Source: a virus | Taxonomy: Duplodnaviria; Caudoviricetes | Length of the DNA stretch: 32,034 bases | IMG/VR virus record: IMGVR_UViG_3300033067_000199 | Location: 1 to 32,034 of that record | Reading direction: 5' to 3' (one strand) | Shown: in pieces, positions 16,868 to 26,071 of the stretch | How the letters are laid out: each line of letters opens with the position of its first letter | Position numbering within the stretch: position 1 is the stretch's first letter | Made by a program: the position numbers and the translations under genes | Notes under the pieces: generated by a model | Databases searched by the model: none | Seen by the model: only the letters and a program-made list of their open reading frames with translations | What the model was told of the DNA's origin: nothing

Positions 16868-17631
16868 AAAACGTCCCCATCGACATCCTGCCTATCTTCA
16901 TCGGCTACGACGCCCGCGAGCCCGAAGCCTACGACGTCGCCCGGTCCTCCATCCTCCGCCATGCCTCGGTGCCGGTCCAGATACAGAAACTCGACCAGCG
17001 GGCCTTGCATCACGCAGGCCTCTATCGCCGCACATGGCACACGCAGGGCGCACAGAAGATCGACAACATCGACGGCAAGCCGTTCTCGACCGAGTTCAGT
17101 TTCTCGCGCTTTCTCGTGCCCGCACTGATGCAGTGGGAAGGCTGGGCACTGTTCATGGATTGCGACCAGCTTTTCATGGCAGACGTTGCCGAACTGCTGC
17201 ACGAGGCTGACGAGAAGTACGCGGTACAGGTCTGCAAGCAGCGGTACATCGCTGAAGAGGGCTTGAAGATGGACGGAATGCGGCAGGAGAAATACTTCCG
17301 CAAGAACTGGTCGTCCTTCATGCTGTTCAACTGCGGCCATCCGTCGAGCAAGATGCTGACGCCTGACGTCGTGAACGCAGAGCCCGGTTCATGGCTTCAT
17401 GGCCTGAGCTGGCTTCCGGACTACGAGATTGGCGACCTGCGGCATGGCTGGAATTGGATCGACGGGACGACAAAGGGCAAGCCGCTGAACGTCCACTACA
17501 CGCTGGGCGGACCCTGGTTCCCGCACATGCGCGACTCCAATGCGCCTTACTTCAAGGATTGGCGCGACGAGGCCCAGCGCATCGGTGTCTGGCGGCATAT
17601 GTGCGAACGGCAGGACAAGGAGGCCGCGTGA
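16864..17631 (+). CDS. GT-A nucleotide-diphospho-sugar transferase (CDI-like / GT8-related)
   Basis: IFIGYDxRE, STEFSFSRFLVP, DxD motif FMDCD, RKNWSSFMLFN, WNW, HYTLGGPWF; ATGA coupling. Confidence 0.87.
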   Translation: MKNVPIDILPIFIGYDAREPEAYDVARSSILRHASVPVQIQKLDQRALHHAGLYRRTWHTQGAQKIDNIDGKPFSTEFSFSRFLVPALMQWEGWALFMDCDQLFMADVAELLHEADEKYAVQVCKQRYIAEEGLKMDGMRQEKYFRKNWSSFMLFNCGHPSSKMLTPDVVNAEPGSWLHGLSWLPDYEIGDLRHGWNWIDGTTKGKPLNVHYTLGGPWFPHMRDSNAPYFKDWRDEAQRIGVWRHMCERQDKEAA

Positions 17632-17801
17632 ACTATCCGAAACGCGGCGAGACGACGACGCAACTGCTGGCCTCTATCAAACCCCCGGCTTACGAGCGGG
17701 AACCGATCACCAAACCAGTCCCGCCACCGCTCAACTGCCCAAAGTGCGGCAAGCAACTAGGTCGGGGCCGACACATGCACATCAAGAACTGTAAGGGCTA
17801 G
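17628..17801 (+). CDS. 57-aa protein with C-terminal Zn-finger-like motif
   Basis: GTGA coupling with AGGAGG upstream; CPKCGKQLGRGRHMHIKNC. Confidence 0.65.
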   Translation: MNYPKRGETTTQLLASIKPPAYEREPITKPVPPPLNCPKCGKQLGRGRHMHIKNCKG

Positions 17802-17803
17802 CG

Positions 17804-18442
17804 ATGGCAACCCGGACGCAACTGGAAGAGACAATAGCCGACGATCTGGCCCGTACCGATCTGTCCGGGCAGATCATGCGCGCGGTGGACACGGCCATTC
17901 GTGCCTATCGTGCGACACGCCTGCCGTTCAACGAGCGGTATCGCGTCACGGCGTCCCTGTCGTCGGGTGCGGCCACCATTGCGCTCAGTGCCGTTTCCTA
18001 TCGCTTCCGCAACATCGACCGGGTGCGTCTGGTCAGGACCGCTGCGGATTATCTCGACCTTTATCGCCGCGACTACAACTGGATCATGTCCCGCCAGGAC
18101 ATCGTGACATCGACCCAGCCTGCGGAATGGTGCGTCTATAACGACGTCATCCACTTCGACAGTAACGCGGACACGAACTACGGCATCCTGATCGACGGCG
18201 TCGTGGACCTCGCGGACAGCACCACGAGCCTTTCCTATTCGGTGTCCTCGGAAGCCGCATGGTTCAATGACGGGCGCGAACTGATCCGGCATCGTGCCAA
18301 GCGCGAACTTTATGCCTATACGCTGAAAGACATGGAACTGGCGGCCCTGTCCAAGGGCGCTGAGGAAGATGCGTTGAACACGCTCAAGAGCGATGCGTTC
18401 TCGCTGCAATCTACGGGGCAGGTTCGCCCCACCGATTTCTAG
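17804..18442 (+). CDS. Putative head-tail adaptor protein
   Basis: IADDLARTDLSGQI N-terminus and AWF...LIRHRAK motif; 212 aa; position between head and nozzle genes. Confidence 0.7.
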   Translation: MATRTQLEETIADDLARTDLSGQIMRAVDTAIRAYRATRLPFNERYRVTASLSSGAATIALSAVSYRFRNIDRVRLVRTAADYLDLYRRDYNWIMSRQDIVTSTQPAEWCVYNDVIHFDSNADTNYGILIDGVVDLADSTTSLSYSVSSEAAWFNDGRELIRHRAKRELYAYTLKDMELAALSKGAEEDALNTLKSDAFSLQSTGQVRPTDF

Positions 18443-18453
18443 GGAGGCTGGGG

Positions 18454-19782
18454 ATGGCAAGGCGGCGTGGTAAAAAGACAGCATTCGCAGCCCGTGAGTT
18501 CATCGGCGGCAGCGACACGGACTATGGCCTTGGCGGCTCTCTCGGGGGCACCGCTGACGATGGCGGCAGCAGTTGGGACACGGGCGGGTCGCAGCTTGAC
18601 GGCGGTTCTGGGGGCTGGGGCTTCGACGGTGGCGGCTATGCGGGCGACGGCACCGACAACGACTATGGCGACATTGGCTCCGGATGGGGCGGCCTTGGGA
18701 TGGGCGGTGGCGGCTATGACAACGGCATGGGCAACTTCAACAGCGGCATTGGCTATGGCGGGTATGGTTCCGACCTGTCGGGCGGCATGGCGCTGGGCGG
18801 CTTCTCACCGACCGATGGGCAGGTCAGCATCCAGGAGGCCATGGCGCGTTACTACGCCAACCCGGCCAACCAGCCGCAGGCTCCCGCCGCCCCGCAGGGT
18901 ATGTTCGGCCCGCGCGCAGGCGTAGGCACGGGCTACCTGTCGGCCCCGACCGGCCTGTCATCGCCGTTGAAGGCCGGTGCCTTGAGCCAGATGTTCAGTT
19001 CGCAACCCGAACCCAAGATGCAGGATCAAGTCCCGCAGGACCAGTACGGCGTCATGTCTGGCACGGTCCCGAACGCAATGCCGAACGTGCCTCAGAGCCC
19101 TGTCATGGCCCGCAATCCTTATGACGTTGCCATGGGCCAGCCGTCCATTCCCGATGCCATGGGCCAGATTGGCGGCGCGACCTTCGGAGGTTTCGCGGCC
19201 TTGCCGGGGCAGGTGCCCAGCATTGCCAACCAGACAGCCTACAAGTCCCCCGACATTCCGGCCGGGGTAGGCACCACGCCGTCGCAGAACCCGTTCAGCC
19301 AGTATGCCAGTCAGGGCCTGCCTCCCGGCTATGCTGACGCTTCCGGCATCGGCTCACCGGCCACGATGGTTGCTGGCGACCCGCGCGTGAACATGGCTCC
19401 GGGTGCCTATCAGAACACGCAGGACATCACGATGGCGGGTGGCGAAGAACCCGCAAGCCCGACCAGCGTTGCGCCGGGGCAGGACACCTCGTTTCCAGAC
19501 TCGATCAGCGAGACGAAGAACCGCGTTGCCAGCCTGTTTGGCGGCCTTGGCGGGGCAGGTGCCACGATCCGCCCTCACGGCGGCGAGGGCAACAACAATA
19601 ACAACTATGGCCTAGGCGACCCCGACCCCTACGCTAAGAGCGACAAGAAGAAAAAGGACGATCCGCCTCCCGACGACAAGAAGAAGCGCCGCAAGGGGCC
19701 GCCTGGCAGCAACACCCGCAAGATTGCGTGGAACTATCCCGACCTGCTCCGCACCCCCTATCGTGTGCTGAAGTATAGCTGA
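18454..19782 (+). CDS. Low-complexity Gly/Pro/Gln-rich protein of unknown function
   Basis: GGGAGG RBS; fills the gap exactly; G/D/Y-rich N-terminus, P/Q/M-rich middle, K/D-rich C-terminus. Confidence 0.75.
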   Translation: MARRRGKKTAFAAREFIGGSDTDYGLGGSLGGTADDGGSSWDTGGSQLDGGSGGWGFDGGGYAGDGTDNDYGDIGSGWGGLGMGGGGYDNGMGNFNSGIGYGGYGSDLSGGMALGGFSPTDGQVSIQEAMARYYANPANQPQAPAAPQGMFGPRAGVGTGYLSAPTGLSSPLKAGALSQMFSSQPEPKMQDQVPQDQYGVMSGTVPNAMPNVPQSPVMARNPYDVAMGQPSIPDAMGQIGGATFGGFAALPGQVPSIANQTAYKSPDIPAGVGTTPSQNPFSQYASQGLPPGYADASGIGSPATMVAGDPRVNMAPGAYQNTQDITMAGGEEPASPTSVAPGQDTSFPDSISETKNRVASLFGGLGGAGATIRPHGGEGNNNNNYGLGDPDPYAKSDKKKKDDPPPDDKKKRRKGPPGSNTRKIAWNYPDLLRTPYRVLKYS

Positions 19783-19783
19783 C

Positions 19784-21235
19784 ATGCGCGTATTGTTCGG
19801 CAATCTCCAGACGGACCAGCCCGACCTGCTCAACGGCGAATTGGAGGAAGCAGAGAACTGCATCCCCTACGCCCAGAGCTACGGGCCGTTCTACGATGCG
19901 ACACCGTATTCCGGTTCGCTGTCGGCCACCTGCGTGGGTGCCGTGTCAACCCGCGATACCACGGGCAACGTGTTTACCTTCGCCGGGACGCCGAAGCAGC
20001 TTTACCGGGAAGCGTCGGGCACGATTTCCAATGTCTCGCGTACAGCCACCTATACGACGGCGGATGACGGCTACTGGGAGTTCACGACGTTCGGCAACAC
20101 GCATCTGGCGGTCAACGGCATCGACGCGCTCCAGGTTTATACGCTTGGAACGTCCAGCCAATTCCTCGATGCCTCTGCCTCTGCCTCCGCTCCAGTGGCG
20201 AAACATATTGCAACAGTGCGTGACTTCGCGGTGTTGGGCAATCTCGGCACGGGGGCCAACCGGACGCAGTGGTCCCGCATCAACAACCCGCTCCGCTATG
20301 GCCCGGATGCCCGCTATCAATCGGACTTCCAGGACCTGGCCGGGGCTGAGCAGAACATCCAGCGCATCACGGGCGGCGACTTCGGCACCATCCTGACCGA
20401 CAACAGCGTCTGGCGCATGACCTATGTGGGCTCTCCGCTGGTGTTTCGCTTTGACGAGGTGGCCCCCGGCATCGGCTGTGCTGCTCCCGGTTCCGTGGCT
20501 CGCTTCCAGAACCTGACGTTCTTCCTGTCGCATAGCGGATTCTATGTGTTCGACGGCGCATCCGCCACGCCGATTGGGCAGGAGCAGATAGACGACACGT
20601 TCATTGCCGACTTCAACGCCAGTTTCCGACACCGCGTTTCGGCCATTATCGACACCATCAACAAGCTGTACCTCATCAGCTATCCCTCTGTTAACTCGCC
20701 TTCCGGAACGCCGGACAAGATGCTGGCCTATGGCTGGCAGTCGCGTCGTTGGACGAAAGTCTCGGAAGAGATGTTCTTCCTGTTCAACCATATCACGGGC
20801 GGTTCCGACCTCGACAGCATCACGGCGAACGTGGACACGCTGGCCTATTCGCTGGACTCGCCCATCTGGCAGGGCGGTCTACGTGGTGTCGGCTGCGTCA
20901 ATACCTCCAATCGCATTGCGCGCTTTGAGGGCGACGAGAAGGCCGCACGGTTCACCACGGGCGAGGGGCAGTTGATTGCCGACTCCCGCGCCTTCATCCG
21001 CAATATCCGTCCCCTGGTGCAAGGCACTGTGGGGAACATATCGGCAACAGTCGGACAGCGCGACCTCCTGACCAACGCGGTTGTGTGGGGAAGTGCGTCC
21101 AACATGAACACGACCATAGGCGACTGCCCGGTCCGGTCCAACGCTCGTTATCACCGCTTCCGCATCGACGTGACGGGCGGGTTCCAGCGGGTCATGGGCA
21201 TCGATATTGACTTCACGCGGGAAGGCCGCAGGTGA
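19784..21235 (+). CDS. Tail nozzle / DNA-stabilisation protein (P22 gp10-like beta-propeller)
   Basis: Beta-rich; VRDFAVLG, QWSRINNP, SDFQDL, GIGC, FFLSHSGFYVFDG..PIG, RYHRFRI motifs; position. Confidence 0.78.
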   Translation: MRVLFGNLQTDQPDLLNGELEEAENCIPYAQSYGPFYDATPYSGSLSATCVGAVSTRDTTGNVFTFAGTPKQLYREASGTISNVSRTATYTTADDGYWEFTTFGNTHLAVNGIDALQVYTLGTSSQFLDASASASAPVAKHIATVRDFAVLGNLGTGANRTQWSRINNPLRYGPDARYQSDFQDLAGAEQNIQRITGGDFGTILTDNSVWRMTYVGSPLVFRFDEVAPGIGCAAPGSVARFQNLTFFLSHSGFYVFDGASATPIGQEQIDDTFIADFNASFRHRVSAIIDTINKLYLISYPSVNSPSGTPDKMLAYGWQSRRWTKVSEEMFFLFNHITGGSDLDSITANVDTLAYSLDSPIWQGGLRGVGCVNTSNRIARFEGDEKAARFTTGEGQLIADSRAFIRNIRPLVQGTVGNISATVGQRDLLTNAVVWGSASNMNTTIGDCPVRSNARYHRFRIDVTGGFQRVMGIDIDFTREGRR

Positions 21236-21585
21236 GGGACTTTGCGCGCGATCCGGGCGCACCATTCCGCAGGACCGACGCTCCGGGTGCCAAGCAGGGC
21301 GGCATCTACAAGCTGGACGGCGATCAGTGGACGTTCACGGACGGGCAGGGAAACCGCTTCTGGTTCGTGGACACGACGGCTGGTGCTGTGACGATAACGC
21401 TCCCTGATGCCAGCGACGTGGCGGCGGACACGGTGTTTGTCGTCAAGCGTCTGACGGCAGGGGCTAACACGCTGACGGTGCAGGCTGTTGCGGGCGACAT
21501 AGACGGAGCAGCCACATTGAGCATTCCAACCCAATATGCGTCGTACTCCATCGTCGCATATAACGGCAATTACTGGATCGTCTGA
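21232..21585 (+). CDS. Small tail-associated protein with a fibre-type repeat
   Basis: VDTTAGAVTITLP...VVKR...NTLTV...IDG...NGNYWI motif typical of tail-fibre modules; GTGA coupling. Confidence 0.65.
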   Translation: MRDFARDPGAPFRRTDAPGAKQGGIYKLDGDQWTFTDGQGNRFWFVDTTAGAVTITLPDASDVAADTVFVVKRLTAGANTLTVQAVAGDIDGAATLSIPTQYASYSIVAYNGNYWIV

Positions 21586-22310
21586 TGACGTATCCCAAGG
21601 ACCAGTTTGGCGGCGCAGGCGGCGGCGTTTCATCTGACTCGGCGTCAGTGATGATTACCGCGCGTCTTGCCCCCTATGCGGCCAGCAACAGCGTTTCGTC
21701 CATGATTGCCGCGCAACTGTCTCCGTACATCACGGCGGCCGACGTGGCGGCAACCTACCTGACGTCCAATTCGGCGTCTGCGATGATAACGACGCGGCTT
21801 GCTCCGTACATGACAAGCGCCAGCGCAGCGACGGCCTATGTTACATCCAACTCCGTGTCGGTTATGATTGCCGCAGCGGCTCCCCCGTCACCGGGTTCTG
21901 TGCTGTTGGGATACAAGACTCTTTCGAACATAAACGAAATTGCGTTCTCCGGATCGTGGTCGGATTACGCAGTCCTGCAAATGTATGCGCAATACAGGAT
22001 TGAAAGCGGCACGTCGGCCACTGCATCTGTCGGTGTCTACACGGACGGCGGCACGACCCCGTTCCTCAGCCTCGGTACTTCATCGGCCACGGCATCCACC
22101 AACCAGATCATCGCGCTTGACCTCAAGGTGTTCGGCGGTGACGGAAGGCCCATCAAGAGCCTGCGTTCCGACACAACGAAGCAGACCAATCTTTTCAATA
22201 CGGCAATCACGGCGACGGCCAACACCGGCTTCGTGAACGCCATCAAGTGGCGGGTCTCCGCAACCATCACGGCAGGAATGGCCGTTCTATTCGGCTGGCG
22301 CAAGTCCTAA
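21585..22310 (+). CDS. Short fibre/needle-like protein with repeated Ser/Ala-rich helical stalk and globular tip
   Basis: Repeats of SxSxSxMIxxxLxPY alternating with 10-aa spacers; TGATG coupling. Confidence 0.6.
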   Translation: MTYPKDQFGGAGGGVSSDSASVMITARLAPYAASNSVSSMIAAQLSPYITAADVAATYLTSNSASAMITTRLAPYMTSASAATAYVTSNSVSVMIAAAAPPSPGSVLLGYKTLSNINEIAFSGSWSDYAVLQMYAQYRIESGTSATASVGVYTDGGTTPFLSLGTSSATASTNQIIALDLKVFGGDGRPIKSLRSDTTKQTNLFNTAITATANTGFVNAIKWRVSATITAGMAVLFGWRKS

Positions 22311-22321
22311 GCGAGGCAATC

Positions 22322-23191
22322 ATGGCTGACACGGTCAAACAAGTCCCCTGGAATATGAACAAGCTCAAGCAGGGCATGGGCTGGGGCAGGCAACTCTACA
22401 AGCAGGGCGGCCCGCAGTATTATCAGGGCAAGCAGATCGCCCCCATGTCGGGCTATACGCGCGGCGCGCTCAACAGCATGGCAAACCGGGCGCTGGGCGG
22501 TTCTCCCATCAACCGCGCGGCACAGGGCCAGCTCACCAAGACGCTCAACGGCGACTACCTGAAGCAGGGCAATCCCTATCTTCAGGGCGCTATCGGCGCG
22601 GCCACCAAGCCGATGGTGGACACCTACAACCAGCAGATCGCACCGGGACTGGACAGCACCTTCTCCAGCGCCGGTCGCTATGGTTCCGGAGCCCATGCGA
22701 TGGGGCAGGGACAGGCGGCAAACGCGCTCATGGGCCAGATCGGCAACGTCTCGTCCAACATGGCCTACCAGAATTACGGCGACGAGCGACAGAACCAGAT
22801 GCGCGGGATGCTCATGGCCCCGGACATCGCTAATCAGGACTACAAGGACATCGCGGCGCTGGGGCAAGCGGGGCAGGGCTTCGACCAGTACAACCAGTCG
22901 CTTATCAATGCCGACAAGGACAAGTGGAACTTTCAGCAGAACTCGCAGTGGGACAACCTCGGGCGCTACATGAACCTGCTGAACGGCGTTCCGAGTGGCT
23001 ACCGGCAGACCACGGACGGCGGCAGCATGAACCCCTTCACGACCGGCCTTGGCGGTGCGATGGCGGGTGCGTCCCTGTTCGGCACAGGCGGCGCACTGGC
23101 AGGTGGGCCTATTGGCGGCCTTGGTGGCGCTGCGATTGGCGGAATGCTCGGCGGCGGTTCCGCGCTGCTCGGCAATATGTTCGGTTGGTGA
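22322..23191 (+). CDS. Ejection (DNA-transfer/internal virion) protein 1
   Basis: Gln/Gly/Ala-rich; NPYLQGAI, AGRYGSGAH; Gly-rich hydrophobic C-terminus; GAGG RBS before ATG 22322. Confidence 0.75.
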   Translation: MADTVKQVPWNMNKLKQGMGWGRQLYKQGGPQYYQGKQIAPMSGYTRGALNSMANRALGGSPINRAAQGQLTKTLNGDYLKQGNPYLQGAIGAATKPMVDTYNQQIAPGLDSTFSSAGRYGSGAHAMGQGQAANALMGQIGNVSSNMAYQNYGDERQNQMRGMLMAPDIANQDYKDIAALGQAGQGFDQYNQSLINADKDKWNFQQNSQWDNLGRYMNLLNGVPSGYRQTTDGGSMNPFTTGLGGAMAGASLFGTGGALAGGPIGGLGGAAIGGMLGGGSALLGNMFGW

Positions 23192-23199
23192 GGTGAGAG

Positions 23200-24321
23200 A
23201 TGGCTAGCTGGCTTGACGAACTTCCGGGGCGCATCGGCACGGCTGTATCGCCCTATGGCTTTGCTCCTCCGCAACCCGGCATGGTGCAGGGCAATCCTGC
23301 GGCGGGTGCTGGAATGCAGTTCATTGGCGACATGGGAATGCAGATGCTGGCGAACAGCAGAGCGAACCCCATGGAGGCGCTTGGGCAGGCTTACGGCAAG
23401 GCGCGGGAGTCGGCGCGTGACCGCTCCAAGGACGCTGCCGTGATGAAGAGCATGTTGGACCAAGCCGAACAGGAAAAGCAGAAGCGCGAGGAAGAGCGCC
23501 AGCGCAAGGCCCAGCTTGAGCAGTACATCAGCACCCTTCCTCCAGAGCAGCAGGCGCTTGCCCGCATGTTCCCGGAGAAGGTCGCGGGTGCGCAGATCGA
23601 ACAGCAGTTTGCACCTCCGGGTGGCGGAACGGAGGCGGGTCTGAACCTCGTTTACTGGAAGGACAAGGACAATAAACTGCACGCTGGCCAATTGCTGAAG
23701 AGCGGCGGGATGCAGGAAGTCCCGCCACCGAATGGCGGCGATTGGGCACCTGCGTTGTCCATGCAGAACCTCGGCACGTCGGTGGCGGGCGTTAACACCC
23801 GTACTGGCGAACAGGTCACGTCCATGCCGATTGATAATCGTGGCAAGGCGTCCCAGACCGAACAGGGACAGGTTGAAGGACAGGCAATCGCGGGCGCTCC
23901 CGGCGACATCGCCGCTGCCGACCTTGCGTTGGACAAGATCAACGAACTGCGCTCGGACCCGAACAGGGCCATCGGCACAGGCAAGTCGGCCATATTCAAC
24001 AACATTCCGGCGTCTCCGGGGTATGACTTCCAGACGAAGGTTGACGAGGTGACGAGTGGCGCGTTCCTCACAGCCATTCAGCAAATGCGCGGCCTCGGTC
24101 AGTTGTCCAACGCGGAAGGCCAGACGGCCAAGGCTGCCGTCACCCGCATGAACACCGCGACTTCAGAGGAAGAGTTCCTGGACGCCCTCAACGACTACGA
24201 GGAAATCGTCATGCAGGGCAGACAGCGCGCGGTCCAGCGGCTGAACGGCGGGCAGGCTCCCGCCGAGTCCACCGGCAACACCCGCTACAAGTTCAACCCT
24301 GAGACAGGGGAACTGGAATGA
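23200..24321 (+). CDS. Ejection protein 2
   Basis: Gln/Ala-rich helical protein; AFLTAIQQMRGLGQLSNAEG motif; second of three consecutive genes. Confidence 0.72.
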   Translation: MASWLDELPGRIGTAVSPYGFAPPQPGMVQGNPAAGAGMQFIGDMGMQMLANSRANPMEALGQAYGKARESARDRSKDAAVMKSMLDQAEQEKQKREEERQRKAQLEQYISTLPPEQQALARMFPEKVAGAQIEQQFAPPGGGTEAGLNLVYWKDKDNKLHAGQLLKSGGMQEVPPPNGGDWAPALSMQNLGTSVAGVNTRTGEQVTSMPIDNRGKASQTEQGQVEGQAIAGAPGDIAAADLALDKINELRSDPNRAIGTGKSAIFNNIPASPGYDFQTKVDEVTSGAFLTAIQQMRGLGQLSNAEGQTAKAAVTRMNTATSEEEFLDALNDYEEIVMQGRQRAVQRLNGGQAPAESTGNTRYKFNPETGELE

Positions 24322-25835
24322 TCGAAGTCGAGCTTCCTGGTGGAGCCATTGCAGAGTTCCCGGACGGTACGCCCCCGGACGTGATAAAGGGCGCGCTGCG
24401 CAAGAAGTTCGGGGCTCCCCAGACCTCCGCAGGCGGCAAGTCCGACCGCGAGCGGTCATGGACCGAAACCGGCATGGACGTCCTCAAGAGCGCAGGCACG
24501 GGCCTTGTGCAGGGTGCCGTGGGCCTAGCGACGATGCCGCAGGACTTGGGGACCATGCTGGGCGAGAAAGCCACCGGCCTCATCGATCAGGTTATGGGCG
24601 TGTCGCCAGAACAGTCGGCGGCCAGCAGGCAGGCCGTGGCTCAGTCCAGAACGGCCATTTCGCCTCCGTCCGGTCCGGAAGTCATGCAATCCGTCCAGAA
24701 CGTCACTGGGCCGCTCCATCAGCCCGAAACGACGGCTGGACAGTATGCCAAGACCATTGGCGAGTTCGTCCCCAGCGCTGTTGCTGGACCCGGTGGGCTC
24801 ATGCGCAAGGCTGCACTGGCAACGGTGCCTGCGGTCGCCTCGGAGACGGCTGGGCAGGTAACTGAGGGAACGGCTGCGGAGCCCTATGCGCGCTTCGCCG
24901 CTGCTCTGGCGGGCGGTGTGGCGACGGCTGCGCCGGGGGTTAACGCCGGGACCAAGCAGATGCTGAAGAACGCCCCGACCTACGACAGGGTCAAGGCACA
25001 GGCGGATTCGATCTATACGAAGCTGCGGGCGGCTGACGTGAAGTACGACGCCAACGGCATCCAGAGGGCAATCAACGACGTTGCTAAACTGAAGATCGAC
25101 GCCGTGCTGGACCCCAAGGCGGCGCGGCTCCGCGATGTGTTCGTGCAAAACGCGGGCAAGTCGCTCGATTTCGAGGAAATGGACAATCTCAAGCAGATTG
25201 CCACGTCGATCCTGCGTGACCAAGGCGTGTCGAACAGGGACAAGTTCTTCGTGCGGTCCATGCTCAAGAAATTTGAGGATGTGACGGACCGGGGCAGCTT
25301 CATCACCAACGGCACCATTCCGGCCAGTCAGGTCATTTCCCTGACCAAGAAGGCCAAGGAACTGGCCCGCAGCAAGATACTTGCGGACGGCATCCACAAG
25401 ATGCAGAGCAAGTCGGAGTGGTATGCGTCCGGCCCCGAAAGCGGGCTCCGCAACCAGTTCGGCTCCTATGGCAAAAAGAGCGGAACGAACCTGACGAAGT
25501 CCGAAGAGAAGGCATTCAAGTCGGTCGTTACTCGTGAGGGTATCCTGAACCCGCTGCACAATGCCGGAAGCAGGTTGGGTCAGATGGCGATTGGCGGCAC
25601 CACGCTCGGCGCAACCGGTTCCATCACAGCGTCCATTGCCTCGGTGATTGGGTCAGCCGCCGCCCGGAAGTTCATGGAAGTCTACACGATGAAGGGTGTC
25701 AACGACGCCCTCAAGACCGTGCTTGCCGGGAAATCCGCACAGCAGAAGGCCGCCGTTCTGGACGCTCTTCGTCTTGGGCAGGCGAAGACTCAGGTTCTTC
25801 TAACCACTGATGCAGGCCGTAGGAACCATTCCTAA
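24318..25835 (+). CDS. Ejection protein 3
   Basis: IEVELPGGAIAEFPDGTP N-terminus, PETTAGQYAKTIGEF, Ala/Gly-rich membrane-like segments; ATGA coupling. Confidence 0.72.
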   Translation: MIEVELPGGAIAEFPDGTPPDVIKGALRKKFGAPQTSAGGKSDRERSWTETGMDVLKSAGTGLVQGAVGLATMPQDLGTMLGEKATGLIDQVMGVSPEQSAASRQAVAQSRTAISPPSGPEVMQSVQNVTGPLHQPETTAGQYAKTIGEFVPSAVAGPGGLMRKAALATVPAVASETAGQVTEGTAAEPYARFAAALAGGVATAAPGVNAGTKQMLKNAPTYDRVKAQADSIYTKLRAADVKYDANGIQRAINDVAKLKIDAVLDPKAARLRDVFVQNAGKSLDFEEMDNLKQIATSILRDQGVSNRDKFFVRSMLKKFEDVTDRGSFITNGTIPASQVISLTKKAKELARSKILADGIHKMQSKSEWYASGPESGLRNQFGSYGKKSGTNLTKSEEKAFKSVVTREGILNPLHNAGSRLGQMAIGGTTLGATGSITASIASVIGSAAARKFMEVYTMKGVNDALKTVLAGKSAQQKAAVLDALRLGQAKTQVLLTTDAGRRNHS

Positions 25836-26036
25836 CTGACGCGCAAGGGAACGCTTATCCTTTCCCCATCGGCGGCGGTACCAGTCGATAGTCCACACCG
25901 GAATGGCGGTCGCAAACCACGTCACTAGGAAGACGAGGAACCCCATCGCGTAGCCGTTTTGCAGGGTTCCATCCCAAATCACCCAGAAGCCAACAGCTAG
26001 CGCGATAGCCAGTTGGTAGACCTTAATCAGCCACAT
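25800..26036 (-). CDS. Antisense 78-aa membrane protein with two predicted TM segments (moron; possible superinfection exclusion)
   Basis: Two hydrophobic segments and a basic tail; fills the gap between ejection and tail-fibre genes; has its own promoter-like element. Confidence 0.75.
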   Translation of the reverse strand: MWLIKVYQLAIALAVGFWVIWDGTLQNGYAMGFLVFLVTWFATAIPVWTIDWYRRRWGKDKRSLARQLGMVPTACISG

Positions 26037-26042
26037 AATCCG

Positions 26043-26071
26043 CCCCTACCACACTCCGGAGGTTTCCGCAA
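26043..26071 (-). promoter_or_regulatory. Putative sigma70 promoter for a leaderless transcript of 25800-26036
   Basis: TTGCGG-N17 (ending TGTGG)-TAGGGG-6 nt-ATG. Confidence 0.5.

Noticed and set aside
14443-17631. Cassette as a DNA hypermodification or O-antigen conversion system
   Set aside because: No base-hydroxymethylase or other nucleotide-modifying partner and no membrane GtrA/B/C-like proteins are present in the window, and the TPR and head-operon location favour protein acceptors. Not formally excluded, since the early genes lie outside the window.
11253-25559. Long - strand ORFs (e.g. 11253-12242, 13319-14410, 19946-20791, 22999-24084, 24525-25559)
   Set aside because: They are antisense shadows of high-GC3 + strand genes, lie almost entirely within well-supported CDSs and show no recognisable motifs.
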